Assembly: GCF_055392785.1 (NCBI RefSeq)
Contig: NZ_AP042480.1
Strand: one strand, 5' to 3'
Length of the DNA: 24,000 nucleotides
Below, piece by piece: positions 8,731 to 18,142 of the stretch. The notes under the pieces are model-generated. The model was not told the origin of the DNA and ran no database searches. It saw only the letters and a program-made list of their open reading frames with translations. The position numbers and the translations under genes were made by a program. Positions within the stretch are counted from its first letter, which is position 1; each line of letters opens with the position of its first letter.

Positions 8731-10049
8731 TGAAATAATTTCAGGAGGTATTAAGAATGAGAAATATGAATGATGTTTCGTGGTAAATAATACAGTCTGC
8801 ACTGAATTAACCTTATCGGTTTATTAAACATCAGATCTACAAATGCTCTGTATTTCTCAGAGCATCAGGTCTGAATAGCAGCTATTTTCGCTATTGTAGC
8901 GGGATTTGCTGCTATTTTACTAACCCATTACTGAAAAGAGAGGCTTTTATGTGCTTACTTGCACCAGAAAATCCTTATCCGATATATGCACTACCACCGC
9001 TGGTGAGAAATGCAATAATTGAAACTCAAAAAAATACACAGGCACCTTTGGCTATGGTGGCGACATCCGCATTAACAGCGTTCTCAAGTGCCTGTCAGAA
9101 TCAGATTGACGTGTGCAGACCTGGAAATTTACGTGGGCCTGTTAATCTTTACTCTCTGATTCTGGCTGATTCCGGTGAAAGGAAAACGACCGTGGATAAA
9201 GTGTTTATGAAAGCATTTTATCTCAGGGATGAAGCCCTGGCGGAAGAATACGCGAAACTGGTTGAGAATTACAGTACAGAAAAGGAAATATGGGAGCAAA
9301 AGCAAAAAGCACTGGAGTCAAAATTGCATAAAGAAATTCGCGCCGGTAAAGATTGTAAGGCAACAGAGTCAGAGCTTAAAAGACATCTGAATAAATGTCC
9401 TGTTCCGCCGCAGATACGCCGGACAATTTTCAATGAGACAACGATAGAGGGAATGTTAAAATATTATTCCGACAGCAATCGCTCTTTTGCTCTTGTATCC
9501 AGTGAAGGAGGAATAATTTTTGATGGCCGGGCAATGAGTAAACTTGGAATACTTAACTCTTTGTGGGATGGTGGTTCTCTTTTCATCGACAGGAAATCAT
9601 CTCCCGGAATTATTTTGAAGGATCCAAGACTGACGGTATCGGTGATGATTCAGCCTGATGTTTACCAGAAAGGTTTTTGTACGCGAAAAAAAGAACTTGT
9701 GAAAACGTCAGGACATCATGCAAGGTTTTTGATGTGTCAACCAACATCAACGCAGGGGACAAGGATAATAACCGGAGATAATTATTCATCACAGTATCAG
9801 GATTTGTTTGAACAGAGGATCAATGAGCTTATTGATGAAAATCTGGCGATGAGTGGTGAACGACGTTGCCTTCACTTTTCTCCTCAGGCTGCCAGAATCT
9901 GGACGGATTATTACAACGATGTGGAATCGAAGCTGGGGGGATTGGGGCCTTTAAGACATTGCCGGGAATATGCTGCTAAAAATGCAGAGTATATGGCAAG
10001 ACTGGCAGGACTTATTCACCATTCGAGCGGTGAAGAGGGGGACATTTCC

Positions 10050-11388
10050 CATAAGCGCTAACTTAAGGGTTGTGGTATTACGCCTGATATGATTTAACGT
10101 GCCGATGAATTACTCTCACGATAACTGGTCAGCAATTCTGGCCCATATTGGTAAGCCCGAAGAACTGGATACTTCGGCACGTAATGCCGGGGCTCTAACC
10201 CGCCGCCGCGAAATTCGTGATGCTGCAACTCTGCTACGTCTGGGGCTGGCTTACGGCCCCGGGGGGATGTCATTACGTGAAGTCACTGCATGGGCTCAGC
10301 TCCATGACGTTGCAACATTATCTGACGTGGCTCTCCTGAAGCGGCTGCGGAATGCCGCCGACTGGTTTGGCATACTTGCCGCACAAACACTTGCTGTACG
10401 CGCCGCAGTTACGGGTTGTACAAGCGGAAAGAGATTGCGTCTTGTCGATGGAACAGCAATCAGTGCGCCCGGGGGCGGCAACGCTGAATGGCGACTACAT
10501 ATGGGATATGATCCTCATACCTGTCAGTTCACTGATTTTGAGCTAACCGACAGCAGAGACGCTGAACGGCTGGACCGATTTGCGCAAACGGCAGACGAGA
10601 TACGCATTGCTGACCGGGGATTCGGTTCGCGTCCCGAATGTATCCGCTCACTTGCTTTTGGAGAAGCTGATTATATCGTCCGGGTTCACTGGCGAGGATT
10701 GCGCTGGTTAACTGCAGAAGGAATGCGCTTTGACATGATGGGTTTTCTGCGCGGGCTGGATTGCGGTAAGAACGGTGAAACCACTGTAATGATAGGCAAT
10801 TCAGGTAATAAAAAAGCCGGAGCTCCCTTTCCGGCACGTCTCATTGCCGTATCACTTCCTCCCGAAAAAGCATTAATCAGTAAAACCCGACTGCTCAGCG
10901 AGAATCGTCGAAAAGGACGAGTAGTTCAGGCGGAAACGCTGGAAGCAGCGGGCCATGTGCTATTGCTAACATCATTACCGGAAGATGAATATTCAGCAGA
11001 GCAAGTGGCTGATTGTTACCGTCTGCGATGGCAAATTGAACTGGCTTTTAAGCGGCTCAAAAGTTTGCTGCACCTGGATGCTTTGCGTGCAAAGGAACCT
11101 GAACTCGCGAAAGCGTGGATATTTGCTAATCTACTCGCCGCATTTTTAATTGACGACATAATCCAGCCATCGCTGGATTTCCCCCCCAGAAGTGCCGGAT
11201 CCGAAAAGAAGAACTAACTCGTTGTGGAGAATAACAAAAATGGTCATCTGGAGCTTACAGGTGGCCATTCGTGGGACAGTATCCCTGACAGCCTACAAAA
11301 CGCAATTGAAGAACGCGAGGCATCGTCTTAACGAGGCACCGAGGCGTCGCATTCTTCAGATGGTTCAACCCTTAAGTTAGCGCTTATG
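10050..11388 (+). mobile_element. IS186 (complete, ~1339 bp) with 11-bp target duplication gggacatttcc
   Basis: Terminal inverted repeats cataagcgctaacttaaggg / cccttaagttagcgcttatg; flanks gggacatttcc at 10039-10049 and 11389-11399; target GGGG(N6)CCCC. Confidence 0.93.
10099..11217 (+). CDS. insL: IS186 transposase InsL (IS4 family)
   Basis: 372 aa MPMNYSHDNWSAILAHIGKPEELDTSARNAGALTRRREIRDAATLLRLGLAYGPGGMSLREV... recognised as InsL. Confidence 0.93.
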   Translation: MPMNYSHDNWSAILAHIGKPEELDTSARNAGALTRRREIRDAATLLRLGLAYGPGGMSLREVTAWAQLHDVATLSDVALLKRLRNAADWFGILAAQTLAVRAAVTGCTSGKRLRLVDGTAISAPGGGNAEWRLHMGYDPHTCQFTDFELTDSRDAERLDRFAQTADEIRIADRGFGSRPECIRSLAFGEADYIVRVHWRGLRWLTAEGMRFDMMGFLRGLDCGKNGETTVMIGNSGNKKAGAPFPARLIAVSLPPEKALISKTRLLSENRRKGRVVQAETLEAAGHVLLLTSLPEDEYSAEQVADCYRLRWQIELAFKRLKSLLHLDALRAKEPELAKAWIFANLLAAFLIDDIIQPSLDFPPRSAGSEKKN

Positions 11389-12078
11389 GGGACATTTCCC
11401 CTTACACTGCAGAAATGGCGAGAGAATTAGCAATATGGTACGGTAATGAGTATGTGCGGTTGTCTAATCCGTTAACTTTTGACAACCCTGCCCTGACCGT
11501 ACCTGTGCGACTCATTCCAGAGGAGCTTGAACTTTTCAACTGGATAAAAAGCTATTGCATTGAGAAGGGGATCCCCTGTATGAAAAAAAATGATATTTTA
11601 CAGCGTGGTCCGAACCGTTTCCGGAAAAAGGATAAAATCAACTGGTTACTGGATTTACTGTATGAACAAAACAGAGTTGTACCGGTTATTGAGGGAAAAA
11701 CGTTGTGTGTCGCACCTAACTTTGACCTCTGAACGACTTAATCGTTGAGTAACATATAGTCTCCTCTGCTACTTGCGGAGGAGACTAATGCCTTTACCAC
11801 GTCAGCGTTGTTGTATTAGAAAACTCTGGTACAGGTCAGTCAGTAAATATAACTGGTGTAACCACTATTTACTATTGGATAGAGTGTTGCTCAGGATATT
11901 GTCGGCTTTAGTCTGAGGTGAGGTGGGACCTTCATTGTTTTCGTGTTCAATAAATAATTTAGGTTAATTAGTATTATTAATGGGAGTTATGTTATCTGTT
12001 ATGTTATCTTATCTCTCTCTTTCTATCGTAATATCACTCCTCTTTATGCTAAGTATTCTGTATGTGCGTAATGCATAT

Positions 12079-12110
12079 ATCTCCATACACTACAGTGTGG
12101 TGGTGTATGG
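12079..12110. other. Strong hairpin in ORF-poor region
   Basis: ctccatacac (12079-12088) and gtgtatggag (12101-12110): perfect 10-bp inverted repeat with 12-nt loop. Confidence 0.6.
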
Positions 12111-12706
12111 AGTTTAGTTATGTGTAAATTATGTTACTACACTTATAGCGTAATATTGAGAAAGTTAATCCACTGAATGTATGTCTGGTTTGTATTTAAC
12201 ACTAGTTACGTACCAGAACACTATTAGAGTATATTGTCTTTAGTTCGTACGTTATAGCTCCGTTACAGTTTATGGGTAAATATAATCTTTTCTGTATGAA
12301 ATAATCTTCTTATTGTGAGATTAAATATCTGTAGGCTCTCTCTGCAGAGTCTCTGTTTTTACTTAATGGTACGGCAATACTAATAGCGATGTTGCCTGTG
12401 GCTATTCAATGCTGACTTTTGTGAAGATCAGATTATTTCCTGTAAGTAATTGAATGGTGCTTTCTTAAACTCAATTATATGAGGTGTGTTTTTTATTGTA
12501 ATTCGTTCTGGTCCTCAGTTTAAGAGAGTCTTACTGTATTCTGAATCATTACCCTATTACTGTAATGAGGTAATACCAAACAGTTTTATCAGGTTGTCTG
12601 TGCTGCTGGTTACCTCGTTTATTAATGCCGTGGTACGACGTTTCTGTATCCTCAGCATTTACGTAATTTCCTCTTCCTGTGAGTTTTATAAAGTAAGGAC
12701 TATAAA

Positions 12707-13270
12707 ATGTATAATGCTAATCCCAATTACGAAATGGATTTCATGATTCTGAAAGACGTGAATGAACACATGGAAGGTCTGTTTCAACGTTTTTCTAAAC
12801 TGTTACCTTTCAGAATTGATTTTGCCTACAGGAAAGACACGCCCAGTTTTGGTCATGGCTGTAAGCACAGTATGTGTATGGAAATATACCGCTTACTTAG
12901 CGAAACCCAATCGATGTTGGCGGGATATTACTGGGTAATGGAATATACACAAAACAAAGGGCTTCATATTCATTTTGTCGGCTACCTGGATGGGCAACGT
13001 CACAAGAACTCTTATCAGATATCCAGGCAACTGGGAGATATCTGGAGGCAGATCACGGAAGGGGAGGGTTACTTTCACCTTTGCCGGGCTAAAGACAAAT
13101 ACCCGGTGCGTATCGATCACGTGATGCACTATAGTGATAAGTCCGCGGTAGACAACTTACGTTACGCCCTTAGCTATCTGGCTAAACAGGATCAGAAAGA
13201 ACACGGTATTATTCTGGGCCGTAGCAGGCTTCCCGAAAAAAGCAACCGGGGCCGACCACGACACAACTGA
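12707..13270 (+). CDS. YfjJ/YagK-family (inovirus-type Gp2) protein, putative HUH-type replication protein
   Basis: 187 aa, SD aagga before ATG. Motifs YYWVMEYTQNKGLHIHFVGYLDG (HxH) and VDNLRYALSYLAKQD (Tyr motif), typical of Gp2-like/YagK proteins. Lies after AlpA-DUF3987 as in CP4-57. Confidence 0.8.
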   Translation: MYNANPNYEMDFMILKDVNEHMEGLFQRFSKLLPFRIDFAYRKDTPSFGHGCKHSMCMEIYRLLSETQSMLAGYYWVMEYTQNKGLHIHFVGYLDGQRHKNSYQISRQLGDIWRQITEGEGYFHLCRAKDKYPVRIDHVMHYSDKSAVDNLRYALSYLAKQDQKEHGIILGRSRLPEKSNRGRPRHN

Positions 13271-13574
13271 ATTACAGCTGTATTAGGTATTAGAATTAAG
13301 TTTCTGTAAGTTGTTGGGAGGTGCCGGAGTTAATATGCTGCAAGGTTCGGGGGCTTTGTCATCAGTGTAGGGGCGCGAATTTCTGTCGTGGTGCCTCAGT
13401 GGATCGGATACAGGTAACGATGTCAACGCCATGATGTTTGACTGTCTTATATCATTGGCGCTGACAGAGGTCACCGGAACATTACGTAACTCCCACTAGA
13501 CAGTGGTAAACAACGGCACCAATAAGCTGGTTGCGACCTTACTCATTGATGCTCACTACCAAGAGGGGCATAAT

Positions 13575-15815
13575 CTAAAACCTATTTCGTTTAATCGACG
13601 TCTCAACCTGCTTAGCCATTTCAGCCAGTGGGCCTGCTTTCCTGATGTTTTCAATGCGTTCTCTGATCTGGTCTGGTTCCCCGAAAAAGTCAGCTAGGTC
13701 ACTCAGTTTCAGGGCGGTGAAACGTCCTTCTGCAGAGCTGATTCCGTGATAACACAATTGTAACAGTAGTTTCAAAAAGGCTTCATCATCCCGGATTTGT
13801 TCCTGAACCCAGGTCCTAACTGCTTCAACGCCACTGATATCACGCCATGCCCAGATATAACCGTTTAACTGAGGGAAACTGGCTAGTTGGTCGGTGATCA
13901 CTTTCCCATTCAGACGATGTGCCAGAGTTTCACATAAGGAGTCGAGTTGAAAAGATGGTATCCACTTTTGCTGCTCATGTACTGCTCTGTCTCCAACTCT
14001 TCCGTGCTGCCACAGCAGATGACGCATATATTCTGCTATCCAGTACCAGGCCTGACCGTTTTTAAACTGCGTGGACAGGAAGTCGAAAGATTCTTGATCG
14101 CTTTCCTTTTGTATCTTATTGATGAGGCGGTCCGTCACGCTCCAGGTGTCTAGGTCATGTATAGAAAACCAGTCATTCTCGTCTTGGTAGCGTTGCAACA
14201 TTTTATCTCCGGAATCAAAGAAGAACTGCGCCAGTCCACGGCATTGCTCTGGTGTCCTTGTTGCAATCTGTTGTGTGGTGAGCTGGGTCAGAATGTGTTC
14301 AAACCAGGTTCGGGAGGACAAACCCTTACTCTGGATATACCCGAGTAGACGTTCTGCAAGCTTATGTTGTTGTTCAGGATATCCGGCGATGTCGAATATC
14401 TCATTGAGCATTTCAGGTGAAAGTACATTCTGTGGGGCGGAAAAAGCGAAATAATAGCGCCAGTATGCTTGGCTGCCCAGACGTTTGCCAGCAGTCAGCA
14501 GGGCACTATCCTGTTCGGGAGTCGGTACAAAGAGTTTGATGGGCGAGTCAGTTTTCCAGCCGGTGATACCCGGGACCCAGCGAGCAAGGGCATGCACCGC
14601 ATGGGCTTCGGCAGGGAAATAACGGGCAAGGTGCGACTTTAGGCTCTCCGCCATCTCTGCCTGCTCTAACTCACTTACATGCCCGTCACCGGCGGCTACG
14701 ACCGCTCGTTCTGACAGATATTCTTCTACCCAGTCATAAAGACCCGCATTTGTTGTGCGCAGCAGTTGAAGGAAGCACAGATCCGGGAAATACACGTAAT
14801 CCCGCATGCCCGGGTATAGGAAGGTCAGGGCATTCAGTACCATCTGAACCTCCCTGGGGGTTTTTAATGCTGCCCCGTAGACGTCAGCCACTTGTGTCAA
14901 TTGCTCTAGTACAATACGGTCTGGAGCATGCCCGTTTACTTTTCTGTATAACGCGGCAGCGGCATCCCTAAATTTTCTGCGCAAGACAAAGGTTTCTGGG
15001 CGCGGTAAACAGAATGATATCTGAACAATTTTCTGCAGGTATAGGTTGCCGTCGGGTACCCCCAGCCCTAGGCTGATGGCCTGGGATAGGATGGCTTTGT
15101 CATAACAGAGAAGGTAGCGAAAGCGAGGAAAGTCACCTACAGATTTAACTAGCCTTATCACCTCAACTGCCTGTGCTGGCTCGAGACGATCCAGATCATC
15201 GAGCAGTACAATAAAGCTAAGATCCAGTTCATCTATTTTCTTCGCAATTTCGGTCCGCATCTCTGCTGTGGTTTTCTCCTTTTCCTTCAGCCAACGAGTT
15301 TCTGACAGGGCTTTCAACGCGCCACTGGCATCAGGTACGCCGGGAATAACGGCGGCGGCTGAGGCGACGGGTGCGAGATTGCGGGCAGTTGCCCGGGTGT
15401 AGTCTATCATCGTCTTGGCCGTCCGTGTCAGGGATTTTCGTCGTCTGAGAGCTGTCCTTTCCTCAGGCGCTAGTCGCTGTTCCTCTTCAGCAGCAATGAT
15501 GTTGGCGACAGGAAGCAGTAACGATGCCACCAGACTTGTGTTGCTCCCGTCGAGCCAGGGGGATATTGTCAATACAAAAGTGCGTTCTTCTATTTGTTCG
15601 ACGAGAGCATTGCGCAGCAGGTTAAGGAGACTCGTTTTCCCTGATCCCCATGGGCCTTCGATACCGATCACTGCGCTACCCTCGCGGCCAATACCCTTAA
15701 CGGCAACAGCTAACTGGGTAGCTATGTGGATGAAACCATACTGGTCTTCATCGGCGGAACAGATTGCGCGATCTGGATGTTGGCCCTGAAGGTTGTCTGC
15801 GTGTGGTTGATTCAT
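13575..15815 (-). CDS. KAP-family P-loop NTPase (746 aa)
   Basis: Walker A AVIGIEGPWGSGKTSLLNLL, Walker B LSFIVLLDDLDRLEPAQAVEVIRLVKSVGDFPRFRYLLCYD. Start placed at ATG 15815 because of the upstream SD (cGGAGatttgtgaatATG); the 60-aa upstream extension in the ORF track is probably untranslated. Confidence 0.85.
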   Translation of the reverse strand: MNQPHADNLQGQHPDRAICSADEDQYGFIHIATQLAVAVKGIGREGSAVIGIEGPWGSGKTSLLNLLRNALVEQIEERTFVLTISPWLDGSNTSLVASLLLPVANIIAAEEEQRLAPEERTALRRRKSLTRTAKTMIDYTRATARNLAPVASAAAVIPGVPDASGALKALSETRWLKEKEKTTAEMRTEIAKKIDELDLSFIVLLDDLDRLEPAQAVEVIRLVKSVGDFPRFRYLLCYDKAILSQAISLGLGVPDGNLYLQKIVQISFCLPRPETFVLRRKFRDAAAALYRKVNGHAPDRIVLEQLTQVADVYGAALKTPREVQMVLNALTFLYPGMRDYVYFPDLCFLQLLRTTNAGLYDWVEEYLSERAVVAAGDGHVSELEQAEMAESLKSHLARYFPAEAHAVHALARWVPGITGWKTDSPIKLFVPTPEQDSALLTAGKRLGSQAYWRYYFAFSAPQNVLSPEMLNEIFDIAGYPEQQHKLAERLLGYIQSKGLSSRTWFEHILTQLTTQQIATRTPEQCRGLAQFFFDSGDKMLQRYQDENDWFSIHDLDTWSVTDRLINKIQKESDQESFDFLSTQFKNGQAWYWIAEYMRHLLWQHGRVGDRAVHEQQKWIPSFQLDSLCETLAHRLNGKVITDQLASFPQLNGYIWAWRDISGVEAVRTWVQEQIRDDEAFLKLLLQLCYHGISSAEGRFTALKLSDLADFFGEPDQIRERIENIRKAGPLAEMAKQVETSIKRNRF

Positions 15816-16187
15816 ATTCACAAATCTCCGTAAATGCAGCCGATGCTGCGCAGTGTCTGTGACGTGGTACTGTTTCCACGCAAGGTCAGCAAAAGACTGA
15901 CCTGCGGTTAGTTTGCGTTTAGGTAAGTGCTTTTGCGGATGGCTCAGTAACGTATCACAATAAATAATGCCATAGTGTATGAGGGGAAAGTACATACATC
16001 TTGTTCCCTCTTCGAAAGTGACGGCCCGGGATAAAGAGGTTACAACGATAAGGGTCTCCCGCCGAAATGATGAATGCTTATGGCTGGGGAAAGCTAAGAG
16101 TATGCTGGACGCTTAGAAAACTGCTAAAACTGTGAACCTTGATAAGTTTGTCCCCGCGCCAGATTACTTCCTTTCGAGGTTGCAGTA

Positions 16188-16967
16188 TTATCGGTGAAAT
16201 TGTGGTACCCGAGAGTAGCTCATTCGTTCAAGCGCATCGCCAATATTTTTTAGCAGGTGCCATCGATCGACCACCTGTCTGGCCTGAGGTGCACCTTCAC
16301 GTGCTGCTGTCGCATAGACTCCATTGCGATCACGCGAGACAACCTGTATTTCCGGATATTTTCTGAACCAGGTCGCCAGCGTACGCTGATCGCGGTCGGG
16401 AAACAGGACGAGGGGACGGTGAGTATCAAGATTGACTATTAACGTACCGTAACGGTGGCCCCGATGCCACGCCCACTCATCAATACCGACATGGGATGAG
16501 CCTGACAGTTTCGTCTCTGGGGTATTGATAACCCTGCGAAGAAGAGTATCTGCACTACAACGGAGACCCACTGCCGTTACCACCCGTTTCCCGGCCTCAC
16601 TTCCGGCTATTAATCCCAGTTAACGTTGTAAATTTTGTAACGCCTGTGAAGACTGCTGGTGTGAACCGGCGAAGGGGGCAAGCGACCCGGCAAAAATTTT
16701 TCGTGAACAAGCAGGGTTACGGCAGTACCTGTGGCGGACGGAAAATACAAGCCATAGTGTCTGCCCTGAGCAGGGTAAATGCTGTATCCGGCGCTGACGA
16801 CAACTATGAACAGAGTCGCTGCATTTAAGGCATTCAGGGCATTGTGCTGTTTTGCGTTTTCCGCGGAGATGGAGGGTTATACCGTCAGAGCTAATAATTT
16901 GTCGGCTGCATCGCCATCCGCAAGGTAACTGTAGAAGTGTCTTAAGAGAGTGCATTACGTTGCCCAT
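16188..16967 (-). pseudogene. ISL3-family transposase remnant (N-terminal and part of catalytic domain; TAA at 16620-16622; C-terminus lost)
   Basis: Same-frame pieces ...CPECLKCSDSVHSCRQRRIQHLPCSGQTLWLVFSVRHRYCRNPACSRKIFAGSL... and ...HVGIDEWAWHRGHRYGTLIVNLDTHRPLVLFPDRDQRTLATWFRKYPEIQVVSRDRNGVYATAAREGAPQARQVVDRWHLLKNIGDALER. Confidence 0.85.
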
Positions 16968-17401
16968 AACTTAAAACAGCTTAGATCCTTGTTCACCAGA
17001 AAGTTTCATCCATTTTCTTCCACCCAGGTTGCGGAAGAGCCACTTTTCATCCGTCGTTGACAGAATGGCCCTCCAACCGTGTTTGACGAACTCTTGCCAT
17101 GGAACGTAGTACTCACCAATAAATAAGCGTCAATACGGTGCCCCGTTGACGCTTACCAATATTGCTGAAGAAATAATCGATAAACGATTTGTTGGTACGG
17201 AATGTAATGTGGTTTTCACGGGAAACCTCAGAGAGGAGCAGGAAGAGGCCGCTTCGGTATTACCCTGCTATGATACTGGTGTGCTTTGTGCGCGTTACGG
17301 CTTCTGGTAAGTTACCGCAGCGGCAGTGATCGCCAGACGCACTTATACGGGTACACCGGACTGAGTTGTTGAAAGCCTGAATAATCCTCCAGGCTTTACA
17401 T

Positions 17402-18142
17402 TTACACAACTGGTTGGAATTCTTCCTGGAGAATCATCTGATCAATGAAAGTTTTCGACACTTTCCCGGTTGCTTTACAAAGAAGCCTGTAATTATGAGG
17501 GGCATCGGCACTGATACGTTCGACACTTAAACTAATAGAATCATCGTTATCAAGAAGCATTCTCTTGATATCACTGGCAAAATAACGAGGACAGTACCCT
17601 ACAATTTCTGGTGGGCTATCTGTTCGAATGAGCACAGCAGCTTTATCATAGTCATTCTGCACATCCGGGCACAGGAACAGTTTATCTCCCGGATTCAGGT
17701 GAGATACGCGTTCATTAGCGGAATGGGGCATATAGCTTAATCCGTGCGCAAAAAAGAAATGTTCAAAATATCCGTCACTATCAATTTCGATGCGCTTAAA
17801 CATTTGCAATTGGTCAGTGCTACGCATACCGCCAGAGCGAGCAAGGATCTCAATTGGTTCCGCCTCTGTTCCATCCAATCCTAGCCAATGAATGAATTTT
17901 GGATACTCAGGTCGTTTTGGCGACAGAAGCCTGTTTTTGAATAATGGGAATAATTCCTCAGAAACATAAGTTTCGTTAAAATCATTCATACCACTAAACT
18001 TGATGAATTTTGGAGAAGTTAAAGCACCTTTAGTATAGTTGAAGACATATTCAGCATTACGTGCCTGTAAATTCCCCACGACATGCCAGTCATGGGTATC
18101 TGGAGCCTGCCATGCAACATATACGGAGTCATTACGATTCAT
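17402..18142 (-). CDS. HipS-like/HIRAN-domain protein (putative partner or antitoxin of the kinase), 246 aa
   Basis: N-terminal HipS/HipA-N1-like block VYVAWQAPDTHDWHVVGNLQARNAEYVFNYTKGAL...LFPLFKNRLL; C-terminal HIRAN-like block VSHLNPGDKLFLCPDVQNDYDKAAVLIRTDSPPEIVGYCPRYFASDI. ATG overlaps the kinase stop by 11 nt. Confidence 0.7.
   Translation of the reverse strand: MNRNDSVYVAWQAPDTHDWHVVGNLQARNAEYVFNYTKGALTSPKFIKFSGMNDFNETYVSEELFPLFKNRLLSPKRPEYPKFIHWLGLDGTEAEPIEILARSGGMRSTDQLQMFKRIEIDSDGYFEHFFFAHGLSYMPHSANERVSHLNPGDKLFLCPDVQNDYDKAAVLIRTDSPPEIVGYCPRYFASDIKRMLLDNDDSISLSVERISADAPHNYRLLCKATGKVSKTFIDQMILQEEFQPVV

Larger units (their letters stand above)
8949..11732 (+). pseudogene. DUF3987/YfjI-like protein (CP4-type replication-module gene) interrupted by IS186; exons 8949-10049 and 11400-11732
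   Basis: Removing IS186 and one copy of the duplication restores ...HHSSGEEGDISPYTAEMARELAIWYGNEYVRLSNP...VIEGKTLCVAPNFDL. SD-like agagagg upstream of ATG 8949. Confidence 0.82.

Noticed and set aside
10296-10837. Minus-strand and alternative ORFs inside IS186
   Set aside because: Overlap insL, which accounts for the coding signal of the element.
11733-12706. Retron msr/msd or CRISPR-like array
   Set aside because: No reverse transcriptase gene is near and no regularly spaced repeats exist; only one 12-bp tandem duplication and isolated hairpins are visible.
12486-12746. 86-aa ORF MFFIVIRSGPQF...
   Set aside because: Non-ATG start, overlaps the better-supported 12707 gene, and contains no recognisable motif; kept only as part of the ORF-poor region.
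13283-13697. 63-aa (-) and 64-aa (+) ORFs around the KAP 3' end
   Set aside because: No SD or similarity; the plus-strand ORF is antisense to the KAP C-terminus.
15816-15995. 60-aa N-terminal extension of the KAP protein in the ORF track
   Set aside because: A good SD precedes ATG 15815, and the extension lacks domain features and an SD, so the shorter start is preferred.
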